DNA from: Nemertoderma westbladi
Lineage: Eukaryota > Animalia > Xenacoelomorpha
Assembly: GCA_032718475.1 (NCBI GenBank)
Contig: JAUCBJ010008675.1
Span: 1 to 64,000, forward strand
DNA length: 64,000 nt
Reading direction: 5' to 3'
In this document: piece after piece, positions 50,229-63,787 of the stretch
How positions within the stretch are numbered: position 1 is the first letter of the stretch
How the letters are laid out: every line of letters begins with the position of its first letter
Made by a program: the position numbers and the translations under genes
Notes under the pieces: model-generated
Database searches by the model: none
What the model saw: the letters and a program-made list of their open reading frames with translations, nothing else
What the model was told of the DNA's origin: nothing

Positions 50229-52052
50229 GGTCGAACTGATATCCCCAATTAAAGTGAATCACAACTGGTTTAGATCATCCGAGATGTCTGCATAAACCAC
50301 ATCGGAAGAGTGACCCCGGAGTTGATGAGAAATGACCCTTTTATATATTGTACGAGATTTATTGTCGTCGAGTAACTGTAGCATTTATAAAAAGGAGTAG
50401 TACCTATCGAAGGAGCATGGAGGATGGTTATCTCTATTGGACTACTAATAGATTGATTTCTACAACCAGTTGTGATTAAATTGACAAAGGATGATACATA
50501 TATACGATGCCCGGCCCTTCTTAAACCGATTCCAAATAAGGCCCCTACTATTAATTGTTCAAAGTATTACGGGGAAATACCGTTGGCAAAAATACCAGCA
50601 TGCCTGCTGACCTTAAATGGTAATCAAGGGTCGGGCTGGCTGGTTTTTATTGCGCGGTGGAAATTTATGTCTCAGTGACGGGGTGTGTTGGGCTATATGA
50701 CAACCCCCATGCAAGCGTGTAATTTTTAATTGGCTGCCAGATTTCTTTCTATACTTGGAAACTCGATAATATAAGTAAAAAATCTAGAATCCATGAAATA
50801 AAAGGTCACGTTTGGAATCAGTGGTCCCATTATTGAAATGTACATACATATTCGGCATCGGTTCTTTCACGTACCTTTTGTCATTGATATGAGAAAAAAA
50901 TAAGGCAGGCTATCATGAGTTATAATTATTGTATATTAAAAATTAAAAAATATTAAATTATTATTTAAAAAAAATTCAAATTGTTGTGTGTTGTATTGTG
51001 TTGTGTAATACACAATGTTGAACATATTCTGGATATTTTATGCAAAAGAAAATATAAGCCAATTTGTGAGCTATACTATCAAAATAAAAATTGTATCATC
51101 TATGAAATATAATAATATAGAGATATGTGATGTTTTACAGTATGTATAAAATTAGGGTAAAATGAAAAGATAATTAAAATTTTAGAATTAGCCAGCAAGC
51201 CACGCACATTTGAATATACAATTTACATTTATAAGGTGGCATATTTTTAAGAACATTAACAAAAAATTATAAATAGAATAGGTATATGCATTATCATCAT
51301 CAATTGAGGCTGAGGGATATATGCCTAGGATACAGAGGCGGGCTTTTCTAACCAAAACAGTAAACTATGGTTGTTATGCAAGACTACTACAGGCAGCCCT
51401 AAACATCAGCTGGAAACAACAAATGAAAAAGTTTTAGGGTATAATACATAGTTCTTAGTCCGGCTACCTTTTACTGTTGTGGAAACTACACACCACAATG
51501 TAGGCTCTCTCCCCCGTGGGTGACCGGCTAGTAAGGCTACCGATAATAAATAGTATGTGTATTACAGAGTCTCTCGAGACATTGCTTTCGCCGTGAGGAC
51601 CAGCCAGTGCATAATCTTGTACTTTGGCAGCCTCATGGAGTGAATAAGCATGGTGGACAGCCCATGACTTTCTTGAGACGCATCTTAAAGGACACTGGCC
51701 TTGAAGATGCGGATGATCTAGCAAATGTCATGGGTGATAGGGAGTTGTGGCGGTGCAATTTTGTCGATAAGCCGGCACAGCATTCTTAAAAATGCAGCTG
51801 CAATGCAGCATGCCGATCCTAGTAGTAGTCTCGAGGGGTATAGGATAGTTCAGACCCGGACAATTCTGACCCATTATTAAAGATCATAGGTGGGGATAGC
51901 AATATTTTAACACAGTCAATGAAAACCGAAGCTGACCATATTTGGTCATTTCTCATCAACTCCGGGGTCACTCTTCCGATGTGGTTTATGCAGACATCTC
52001 GGATGATCTAAACCAGTTGTGATTCACTTTAATTGGGGATATCAGTTCGACC
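50229..52052. repeat. Perfect 109-bp inverted repeat pair (50229-50337 and 51944-52052)
   Basis: Base-by-base reverse-complement identity checked by eye. Confidence 0.9.
51370..51830 (+). mobile_element. RTE-like LINE 3' fragments (shorter copy of the tail at about 57440-57550)
   Basis: RLLQAALNISWKQ and NLVLWQPHG...TFLRRILKDTGLEDADDLANVMGDRELWR resemble the RTE ORF C-terminus. Confidence 0.65.
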
Positions 52053-54796
52053 AATAAGCAAATTGTAACCAATAAGAGGGTAAGGCTTTGTCAAAATTGA
52101 ATAATTTTTGGTATATTTGTCAATCGATAACTGAAGGTGGATTTTTTTGTAAACTTATTAGCAAAAAATTATTACTATTCACAAAAAACACTACTCTTCG
52201 AAGATGCAGTAGTTATATTTATATAACTAGCATAACAGAAACGACGCGGCCAAATTTTAATACTGACATCAGAAATGAAATCACGGACCAAGACAATAAA
52301 TAGGAAACTTTTTAGACAGATGACATTCTGACAGACAGACCGACAGCCAAACGGACAGACAGTCACATCTCAATAATTAAGAGAGATCTCGCTAAACGGC
52401 TAATTACTAAAAATCCACACACCCTCCCTTATCGTGATAAAAATTAATATTAATTTAGGTTAAAAAAAAATTAATTACGTGCCAGAATTCTTATATTATA
52501 ATGTACCATGAATTTAGTAATGAAATGATATGCTATCAATTTATTATACCAAATTATAAATAGGCCTAAAGTATGCTATTTTATTTAACTAAGTTATATG
52601 TTTTCACTAAGTTTCGAGTCATTGCTAACTAAAAGCACGTTCAGCTGTTCCGCGTTAAACAGCTGTTAATTTTAACATGCTTGCATCCTCTACACGAGTG
52701 CACTGTGATGCAAGCAAGACGATAGACTGAGAAACAAAGTCGCAGTCGCTCTCTAATTCCCCTCCCACACTAGCACCTTCCAATCTCAGCATTGTTATTT
52801 TGCTACAATGAATGTACCAACTATAGGATATTGTCGCCTTAGTTCAAGTACATTAACAAGGCCCACGGGTAAATACATATTGATTTGATCGGATCAAAGA
52901 TTTCATTAGGAACCCCATAAGCATTTGACTTTCAGGTTGTGCGGATGCGAATACTTGGAATAAATTTTCAAAAATTAAGACTATTAATAATTGCCTGTCC
53001 AGCAGATATTAAGAGCCACTAAAGGGACAATTTGAAAAAAAAAGAGCGCTCTTGGTAATATTAAGATTGATCTCCTGTAAAACTTTACAACGATCGATAA
53101 TTAATGGTAAGACTAAAATATTGGATTGTGGTTAATATAAAAAGTGTAGGCCTATTCATTATATTTATCAATAACTTACGTTTTATGATCTTCACCTTGA
53201 TCTAGACTTGATGATCTTCGCGTTGATTTTCAAATCAGCCACAAACAATCAGATGATTCACCTTGAAAAACGTTGATCGAAAGTCGTTTCTAAGGCAACC
53301 ACACTTATTTACACAGTCTATAAAGATTTATGTAATACTGAAAATCTACACTGATACTTTCTGAGCTATGGTAGTTTGATGTTTGATGTAGTCACTTATA
53401 AGTTTCTGAAGAAGTATAGGAATTCTAGGAGAGCATCTCAAAGTTAATGCGCCACTGGTTACAGTTGTGTGGGGACAGAAGGGATGGACCAATGAGAACT
53501 AGGCGCTCCCTATTGCACAATGCTGCTATTGGATGACGTGTATTAGGGCGAGCTTCTCTGTGTCAGAGCAACATCATCACCATCATTGGGTAGAGAGTGA
53601 TAGGCTGGTTGATGGCAGGAGGAGCTAAGACGCTTAACGGCGTCCCACAGTCCCTTCCTTACGCCTAGGCGATGATAACTATAGCTTCAATAACACAGAC
53701 ATTGCGATTTATTGCAAAACTATGGCACAAACAATGTTGTCCATTCTTATGCTATGGCACTGGCACGTACACGACTGTGCGCGCCAATAGCTAAACACTG
53801 ACGTGCACTACTATGACACAGATCAGTGGCAGAGTGGGTGCCCCGTAGGTGTACTAATATTTCTAATGACATAGATAATAACTAAACTATCTCAACTATA
53901 TACGTCATTGTTCATAAAATAGCACTTTATAGCGTTACAGGACAAGTGATTCTGTTTCCCGAGCGACAGCGAGGGAAATAACAAAACGAAGGCCGTAAAA
54001 GCTTTAAAGTGCTAATTATGAACAATGGCGAATCTAATTTTATTTATTTGTGGGGAATTATTTTGTAATTAAAAAAGCGCTTAAACTTTCTAGAACAGCC
54101 TAATAATGACGCGGTGACATACTGGATATACTGAAAATACATAGTAAATGTATGGCGTAGCTGCGGAGGGACATACTGAGAAATAATGTCGCACTGCGAT
54201 AGCGATATAAAGTTGGAAAATATGTCGCTCTGGCCTTTTGGTAGTGCGAAATTAATGTCTGCTTATCTATTTTTATAAATCGGTGCTAACTTAGCACCGA
54301 ACAAGTCCATCAATTGGAGCCAAATATTTAGTACTGTAGGCCTACCAGCGCTATGTAGCAACGGTTAGAATGGTGAAGCCTACAGTATGATAGTCCTGTT
54401 AGGCAACTTGACAACTGAGAAAGTTTACAAACATAAATATGTTAAACCGTTGACTTTCTTCAGGATGATTTAGTATTGACCAGCTAACACCGGACTAAGA
54501 ATAAATAAACTTTAGGCCTGTAAGCATCACCGGTACAAATAATTACTTTCAGTTGTGATCGTTGTACCGGTAGGGTTGAGCCAAGGCCTACTAAAAGACA
54601 GGCAGACAGGCCTGGCAGCCGACTGCCTGACTCAAATCTTATAGGCCAACCTTTTTACTGCTGCTGCTACTGTGCTAGCTACAGTGTAACAGAATGCAGA
54701 TTACATGATTACTGATAATGCAGTAGACCCTAATGGCTATTCCAGTACGGTACCGGTGTTCTTTCTCCCACTTTGGTATTTGGTTAATATGGCAGT

Positions 54797-55400
54797 ATGG
54801 GAAGAAAATGCTCTGTTGGATATTGCCGATCGGGATATCTTACTCCATGTACTCAGAAGGCCGAAAGTTCCGCTTCCGAGGGCGGGCGAATAACTATCCA
54901 CAGTTTCCCGAAGGATCCCGATGAACTGCAGTTCAGCAGTTATGGCTTAGGCTACCCATTTGCCGAATGTAATAAAGTAAATTTTCTTCGGCCACTAGGC
55001 CAGGGATTACCATTACGCACAAAGTCTGACGACTTACTTCCAGTGCGGTCCCCCCAGAACTTTAATCCCCAGAGGAAACTCCAGTACTCATTTAGCTACC
55101 ACTTACGGATGCAAGGCAGAGATGCGCCCTGACTGGTCCCTAAAGCATTCGTGCCGAAACGAAAACTGCCCTGGCCCATGTGAGGATCGAACCCACGACT
55201 TACGGGGGATGTGAATTCAATGCAACGCGACGCAACATGGGTGTATGCCAGAAGCATTTTCCGTATGCAGGACTGCAGGAATGGTGTGCGGATGAAACAG
55301 AGTGGTAATGGTATTAAAGTTCCCTCTGAACCCCCTTCTTTGTTTCCTCTAGATGTTCCAACCCCCCCCCCCCCCCCCCCCCACCAAAACCGCGAACAAC
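54797..55400 (+). pseudogene. THAP-domain (P-element/THAP transposase-like) relic interrupted by a SINE
   Basis: MGRKCSVGYCRSGY...IHSFPKD before the SINE; MGVCQKHF and PPSLFP after it (C2CH THAP signature). Confidence 0.65.
54930..55227 (-). mobile_element. tRNA-derived SINE, same family as 63788-64000
   Basis: Reverse complement matches 63805-64000 almost exactly, including the B box GGTTCGATCC. Confidence 0.85.
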
Positions 55401-57563
55401 TTCACCTGTTGACAACTAAGAAAGTTTACAAACTTAAATATGTTAAAACCGCTGGCTTTCTTCAGGATGATTTAGTAGGACATTACGGACATTTGAGGCA
55501 ATCAGCTGGTGGAAATAGCAGAATAACGCAGAATAATTCATAAACATCTTTTAGTAGGCTTTAGTAGGCTTCAGATGATAACTGAACCGGTACCGTACTG
55601 GATGTAGGCCTACTCAAATATGTTTCAGTATTAAACTGGCACCAAACTTGATTACAGTGCTAATTGTTCGGTACTAAACTTGAATTTTATAGCTGGATAT
55701 TTAGTATCGTACTATCTTATTGATTGCTTCATGAATACTATTTTTTCCAAGTCCGCTGATAAAACTGAGAACCCGCGGACAAGATATTGATCGATGTACA
55801 CTTCTTTGGCACAAACAGCGACCTGCGCTTTTGCCGTACAACTATACTGACGTGCAACCCTATGGCACAAACACTTATGTGTATGTAGTACTAGACCGGG
55901 TAATTTAGGAATATGTCAACTAAGCCAAGTGACGACAACCACAAATATTCATACAGAAATAAACTGTTCCAATGAAACATGTACATCTTTAGTGCAAATT
56001 ATCTTGCAGCATGCTGCAATAGAGTTAATCAGTAGCATCCAAAACGCATCCGGCATGGCTGCAGGGTGGTAATGGGTTTGGCATTAAGATATTTATCGAA
56101 GTTGCACAATACTTCAGTAGTTAAATAAGCATTCAAGCATTGTAATCTATACCATGAACCCCACGAAACACCCTGATAAAAGTTAAAAGTACCAGCTCAT
56201 CAATATATTGTTGGTCAGTCCACAGTCAGTCCACAACCATAATCATAAATATAATCAAATGAGATGCCTAATTGCTAAAAGTAAAAGATAAGTTCTCGGA
56301 AAGGAATTATAAAACTAAAGCTAAAGTTGCTTGATAGTGAACTTAACTATAATTAATAATATATTTAAGTCGAGTTAGTAAGTAAAACATGTGGCTGTAA
56401 TCATCAGTGAGTAAGATTCATCTACAGTATCAAAGCCCTAGGCTGTCTCAGTTTGGGAGTATTCTCAAACAAACCTACCCTATGATGATTCCTGCCCCTG
56501 AGAGTTTGGGCAGGCAGCAAGTGGTACGCGAGGGCATACACAGCGTACACAAGCACACCCGGGAAGTCTCCGAGATAGCGGATAGAAAAACGCTCCACTG
56601 CTCGCAGCGTGAGCCCACACGTGTGAGTCACAACGTAAGTGTCCACATAGCGCGACGACCGGCATAAATGATTGGTTTTAATATACCTATAATATTAATC
56701 TATTGTCATTGGATTTAGTCGTGTGTCGCAGTCGTGTGCATTCTCATAATAAAACAGACAATAAATACATCTAATAGTGATAGCAAGAAAACCAGCCAGA
56801 CTATAGTGCAATCTGCTATATCTTAAAGAGTATCCCTGTCCCTTTGGGTAAGACAATTTAATGCTATTATTGCTGAGGTAACAGATGCTTCCAGACTTTG
56901 AGTAAGACAGCGTCTATACGACAATGAATTGTACTCCATGCTCACTCAATGCAATACAATGCTCCCTGTGTCAGCAGACTTCGTTATATCCTCTTTTATC
57001 GCCGGTGTAATACCTTAATGTTATTCAATATCACTAAATCACTTTGCTAATAAACGTGACGAATAAACTTACTGTACGTCTATGGATCAAGAAACACGCC
57101 TGTGGTCTTCAATGTTCGAGCGAGTAGTTAGTTTCTCGACTTCTAAGTCTAACTACTGTAAGCAAACCAAGATGTAAAAAACGTAAAACACAGGGGGATC
57201 TATAAGTTAGTTGTTTGTATTAAATAAGCAGCGCACGTCTGCCAACTGATCGGTAGGTGTTTCTCCTGATAGGCTTTACCAAAAGGATAAAATTAGAAAG
57301 CACATTAGCAATATTTAGATGTTCCTATGCTAAAGGGAAAATGTGTCATTAAACGAAAATAAAATAGCCAACCTTACAAGGATAACATTGAATTTCTGGA
57401 TCTCCACCCTCTTCTGAGAATAAATGTCAATGCGAATGATCTAGTTGTGGCGGCGAATGTTGTCGACAAGCCGGCGCAACATTATTCTTAATACCTGTAT
57501 ATATAAATATAACGCAGCAGGGCAGCAGCAATGCAGCATACCGATAGTACAGTACTATTAGCT

Positions 57564-58225
57564 CGGATCTAGGACACTTCCCCCGGACAGTTCCAGCCCA
57601 AGTAGGACACTTCCCTCCGGATACTTCATACTTTACACTTCACTTTATCAATATGTGATGTTGAACACAGAATACAGGTCGACGCATGTCGATTTTCCCC
57701 TGGAGAAGGAATAATTTTGATTGCATCAATAATTTTCATCCCCATCTGCTACAGTACAATTTGATGAAAACAATTAGATAACTATACCTATAATTAAAAC
57801 TATTAATTATTACAATTCTATAATTCTATAGTAAAAAAAACAGTATATATCAGTCGGGGGATAGGTCATATAATTAATTGTTTAAAGATTAGCAAACAAT
57901 ACAATGTAATTGCATTGATAAAATCCATAAATAAAACTCAGATACAAAATGTAAAATCAGGATGCAAAAGATCACTTTCTGAGCTAAGAAAGGAAAATTG
58001 GATACAACTTGTCAGGATACAAGCGGTCCTTACAAAATACCGGTTTACCTTACAAATTGAAAAATAAGAATGTGCGAAATTAAGAACAGTCGGGGGGGGG
58101 GGGGGGGGGGGGGTGTCCGGGGGGAAGTTTCTGGGGCTCAAGTCGCAAATGTCCGGGGGGAAGTGTCCTACTTGAACGGGGGGAACTGTCCGGGGGGAAG
58201 TGTCCGGGGGGGAAGTGCCCGGACA
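57564..58225. mobile_element. MITE-like element with GGACACTTCCCCCGGACA subterminal repeats in inverted orientation
   Basis: AGGACACTTCCCCCGGACAGTTCC at left; GGAACTGTCCGGGGGGAAGTGTCC repeats at right. Confidence 0.7.
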
Positions 58226-59789
58226 ACATTAGCTCAAGTTAGTGTCATATTGGCCATTGTCTGCTGTTGTTTCCGGTTGTCGTTTATCGGCCTAGCGTTT
58301 ACACAACTGACTATAATCGAATCAGTACCCGTAAGGTGACGATGAGCCGAACGCACGTTTTTGTGCCGCCAGTGTGGGAATTCAATTTGTCACAATGTAC
58401 AGAATCACTTGGTGACAGAACTGGAGACTAATTATATTAGCAACTGTTTCAAAATGTTAATTATTAATAATTGAATTGACCAGCAATCATTTAGCTCAAA
58501 CGATTACCTAGGCCGGTAGATATTCGTGAAATCATGAAATACATTATATTGCGATAGAAATGCGGCAAAGCTTCAGTGGTTTGCGTTGAGGTTGAATGAT
58601 CCACGATACATTGAAACCAGGTTATCCTGGACGAACATCCCAACCCTTAACGGCTAACAAACTCCAATCTATGAAAGTTGGGGATGTAACAACAATTGGG
58701 TGAACCCAGTGCCTCACTCTGCTCGTCTCAGTGTGTGGCTGACTTATTAATCTGTCCTTTTATCAATCAAAGATTCACACGCCATTGGACTCCTGTCCCT
58801 CCTCTCCCCTGTGCTTCCCGATCCCGCGATGATTGACAATTCTCGCCTGGTGAACATCTTCCAAGTGGGGAACCATGAATAGATTATAATAAAAAAATCT
58901 GTGGGATTAGTTTTGGAGATTGTGCAAGTTGAGGCCAGGAGAACGTCCCGCGGTTATCAATTGTTCTATTGTCTTTCGGTTTATTAACTCCGGTCAGGTT
59001 GTCAACATTCGTAACCGATTCCGGATCGATTCACTAAACCTGTCCGCATCCCGTGTAATCCGAAGCTTCGCAATAGATGTTTGCATCAAAACATTGTACC
59101 ACATTTGTTATTGTAAGTCTAGTATTGATGATATTTTTACGCGATTTTGTAATTAGATTTAAGTTATTTTTATCACATCTTCCGCAAATGAAACTCTATG
59201 CAATTTGCAAAATTCTCCGGATATAAATAACATCTCCGTAACATCCTGTCGACATCTGCGATAGAATTAAAATCATTTTTATTGAAATTTACTCGCTAGG
59301 AATCCTTGTCACTTCATTTATCGACTGATAAAATTGAACAAAATGATTCATTCACCCATCAACGATGATATAATAACAAGATTGTGAATCAATTCCGCAA
59401 ATTATTACATGATTAACTTTATTAATCATGTAATAATGCTCTGGAATAGCGTGGATGCTTAAAGCATTACACTGTTAAATTTATAAGTGTACCTTGATTA
59501 CACGTGTTCAATGTTCACTAATATGTGTGTTTACTTTACCTCGCGGAAAATTATGGAATTTACTAAAGGGATGAGCTTTTCATTGACAAAATAAATGTTT
59601 TGGAAAATCTAGGCGTTGCTAATGTTCAGACTAAATCTCATTCTAACTGCGTTAAAGAGTTTTTCCTCTCACCACGGCGTCAAATAGGCTGAAATCTTCT
59701 GATGTGATGTTATTGAGGCACAAATTGGCGATGCTAAGCTTTGAGAAGTACTCTGCGCCTAGGGTCAATATGCAAACAATACGAGATGT

Positions 59790-60760
59790 CAGGACCAGCC
59801 ACGATTTACTTACCCAGTTCCCACAGAGTAAGCCTACCTGGGATGTCTGAAAGTACTGCAGTACCCACCATTTATATTCAGATTGGGGACCCCTCGATCA
59901 GGCGTGAGGGCTGACAATACTTTGATTTTCGTATTAAAACCCTTAAACCTTCGCGAGGCCAATTAAATAGGATTGCCTGCTGGGGGTCCGACCTTACCGG
60001 TTAATAGGTCAGAGTGTTTCTTATATTCTTGTTGTGTGCAATGGATGGAGGGTTAGTGTTTAGTAGGCTAGGCCCGGTGTCCACGTGGCGACCCTTTCTA
60101 TTGTTATCGCGAGGAAGGGTTTTACCGCTCCCGCGCACACTTACCCTACCTACCATTGAATTGAATGAATCCCCCCATCTCGCCATCTCAGGGTTTCTTT
60201 TGTCTGTCTTTGACGGGTCCGTGCGTTGATGACTATAAACTCAAATGGAAAGGGGCTGTGGCAACCAGAAGAAATCATGCCGAATCTCACAAGAGGCTAT
60301 AACTCACTTTAATCTCTGTTTTTTACCTTGAAGGTCCGCAGATAGGCCTAATGAGGTTTCCTCTCGAATAATTTCGGTGTACGTTGCTAGGTGCTTCAAT
60401 TATCTGCTGCCCAGTATAGGAAGACCACGAAACCATTTGTACCTTTAGGGTGTGTAGAAAGAGCGAAGGTTTCAACCTAGCAGGCATTCTATTCTACTTT
60501 AGCATATAGAAAAGCCCTTAGAGAAATTGGACTGGCTTTTGTTTGGCCCCATCCTGTCCCCATCTTATTGCGATCCTGGGTTTCTGTTTAAAAAGAGGAC
60601 AGCTTCTTAATTGGGATTCTCGCTGGGTACGAGACTATCTCACCCCCAATAATGGCCCCAAGAAGCACCTTATTATTGTGTAGCTAAGCCGCACAGCACC
60701 CTACCTTATTATACATAGCTTTATATAATTGCTTTGACGCTAAAGGAATGGTTGCACGAC
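59790..60760 (+). mobile_element. Possible highly decayed DIRS-type tyrosine-recombinase region
   Basis: Only scattered motif remnants (TWDV.KVLQY, DWGPLDQ, AKPH) in a GC-richer patch. Confidence 0.25.
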
Positions 60761-62766
60761 CACATGGGTTGCAATAAGTAGATCCTAAATGCTGACAAGT
60801 TTTAGCTAAGACTTTGTCCCATATCGTATCGTAATGTAACACCAACACTAACGTTTCAGCAAAGTTTAATCTTAATGATATCCCACGAAATTTAAAACTT
60901 TTAATAGTTTAGCATCCTTATTGTCGCGAAATGTTTGTTAAATTGCTATGTTTGAAAATTGCCACATTTGATCAATTAGTTAACATCGCACCTCATCTGT
61001 ACATAATTATTCGGTTGCGCCGAATTTTCGCGTGTTATAAAATAATTACAATTCTATAGTTGATGAACTATGACCAGTACCACTGTGTGACATTGATTTA
61101 TTAGATAGTTAGTATCACATGTCACTGTAAGCTGTTCCTTTCCAGTATTTGATATTATCGGCCGAAGATTTGTAAGCTGTTCCTTTCCAGTATTTGCTAT
61201 TATCGGACGAAGATTGCATCCGTATTACTATTATTATTGTTTATAGTTTTTTGTTGGTAATCTACCCATTGAAAAGTGGCGTGAATTTACAAGGACCTCA
61301 AATCTGAAACAAATGAATTTAGATCAGAAAATCATGATATGGATAACATGGACTGGACAGGTGCTGGCTGGTATTAACAAAATGTATTCTATCAAAATCT
61401 TCTTGCAAATACATAACCCGGTACTGTATTTATTATAGATGACTGCGGACTGCGGTATATACTGTATTTATTGGATTTAAATTACCTAGGTCTAACCACA
61501 TTGTTTTTAATCCTGGATCGAGGAATGTGATAATAATGGGTTAAATAAATGACATTAAAATCTGGAAAAATTAGTTGAAAAGGAATAATCAGTTATATTT
61601 AGATCGGCAGATATCTGCCGCTTTTTTCACTGAACCTTGCATTGGAGTACATAATACATTTTTGTGTGATTTTAGCAGCGATTGTCATCAATAATCAGAC
61701 TGATTCCCAGCTGACATCATCATTGGGAATTGTGTCTAATTGCCAATAAAAAAAATAGTCCCCAGGACCAGTTTAAACATTGAATCCCATTACTGGCCCA
61801 TTTGATATTTGATATTTACATGATTCACTACAGTTAACTTTACAAAGAAGAACGATGACCTACTATATAGATATAATATCTATAGTAGTACAGTAGGTAG
61901 GTAGGTAGGTACTGTAGGTCATGCATTCGACAATTTCCATTTCAGTCACCGTCACCTCTTCGAACATAATTATGGTGGATATGCTTTTGTAGAGTTATTG
62001 GTGGAAGTTATTGACGAAAATGGATATTAAGGGGGGGGGGGGGGGGGGGTACGCCATTTTGTTTTACCCGAATTTATTTTTATGATACTGTATATTAGAA
62101 TGCGCGATTAAATGGTGTTTCCAAATCTGAAAACCGCTATTTTAGCTCTTTTTGTTTTCAAGTTATAACAATTTCCATTCAGGGAGACCTATTGAAATTA
62201 CTATTACTATGTATAATAAAAGGTCGATTATAACCAAATATTATTTTTATGAAATTGTCTACTTACATAAAAACCCTACTACAGTACGTCTACAATTTTT
62301 GAGGAATTAGTCTGAAACTTTCTGTGGGTGTCTACATAGCCAGCCACCCTGCATAAAAGGATCAGACAACTTTTTGTAATTTTTAGTTAATAAAATTTAA
62401 TACTATTTATAACAAGCCTAAAAAATTAGCATAAATTTGCAGCGCCACCTAGCGGCGCAGAATTATTTTCACAAAATTTCGCCTGATAGTTATGTTGCCC
62501 CATCTTTGATCTATCATATAAATAAACTTTCATGTGATTAGGTTCAAAACTGTAAAAGCCTTAGGGTTTTAAGCGCAACCAAGTTTTTTTATTGTTAACT
62601 AGTATTAACTAATATTAAAATGCGAAAAATAAAATTTTTCTGACCTGTCATGTAGATTAGGTACTTATAGTCCAAATTATAGCAAAAACCAAACAATTTT
62701 GAAACGCTGAGAGTGATAAATCGAAGAGTTGTCCGAAAATAGCAAATCAATCTGAAAGATGCAGGA

Positions 62767-62851
62767 GCCTCCGTGGTGTAGTGGTTAGCATACCTGAACG
62801 TTTATCGGGAGACGCGGGTTCGATCCCCGCTAGTAGCGAATTCATTTTTTC
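62767..62851 (+). pseudogene. tRNA-like sequence (tRNA pseudogene or SINE head)
   Basis: A box TGGTGTAGTGG, T arm GCGGG-TTCGATC-CCCGC, paired anticodon stem and T-run terminator; acceptor stem unpaired and no U33. Confidence 0.6.
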
Positions 62852-63544
62852 CGCTCCATTTGCTATAGAGTTGGATCATCCTAAGTTCTGTTTAAATTAC
62901 TTAATAATTTATACAATCTATGGATGTTAAAACATATAAACAATAATATTGATAATATATTGAATATTTGTATGACATTACAAAACATAATTTTAGTTTA
63001 AGATATAGCACACTTTATGCAACTGGAACACAGCCCTCTGGGGGATCGAACATTTTATTGCTTTTGCATTAGAGTTATCCTCTGGACACACTTTTGGGGA
63101 GAATACTATTCAAATAATAAATAAATATAATTTATATTAATATAACTAATAAATTGGAAATACAAAGCGAATAATTTAATACATATAATTAATAGACCAG
63201 AAACGTATTGAAGCAAAATATTTGTAATAAGAGTCGGGGAGGTCCGATCCCGAAGGAGTGCGCCGTCCCCAAACCCAAGACCCCTCCATTATCTGCGGAC
63301 GATAGGGGTGTGAGGGAGGACCTTCGCTCCTCGCAGGAATCTATGGAGTTCTCCTTCTTGGCACGAACACGTAGATCATTGAGTATGGACTCAACTGGTC
63401 TGTTCGAATAAGAGGGTCCGTCGGCGTTTACAAAGCCCATATAGGCAGGGTTACAATCCCACATATCCCCCACTCCAATCAACATGATGCATAGTGGGCG
63501 ACCAAATAGGGAAGTGAGGAATTATTGGTAAATTTCATCCAAAT

Positions 63545-63745
63545 TACTTTAAACAATACTGGCGACCCGAAGGCTCCTCTTTCGATAGCTGCGACCCGAA
63601 TTTAAGGGTGGGCGCTACTCCTATCCCAAGTTTTGCTCCCAGTAGCAGTGATTTAACTGGTCCATATTTTATCGACCCCAGGGTATGAAAGACTGAGTGG
63701 AACCTGGCGGGGCTCGAACCTATAACCAATAGTTTATGATTGTGT
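63545..63745 (-). mobile_element. Second tRNA-derived SINE family, diverged
   Basis: B box GGTTCGAGCC followed by CACTCAGTCTTTCATACCCTGGGGTCGATAAAAT, resembling a conserved metazoan SINE central domain. Confidence 0.55.
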
Positions 63746-63787
63746 TCTCTTCAAGGGTTATAATGTGATGCATAACAACTTAGGTTC

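Noticed and set aside
27378-62049. Numerous poly-G/poly-C runs as a dedicated G-quadruplex system
   Set aside because: Most lie inside MITE or repeat copies, which explains their recurrence; homopolymer lengths are also assembly-sensitive.
62767-62840. Functional tRNA-Asn(GTT)
   Set aside because: The acceptor stem does not pair and the anticodon loop lacks U33.
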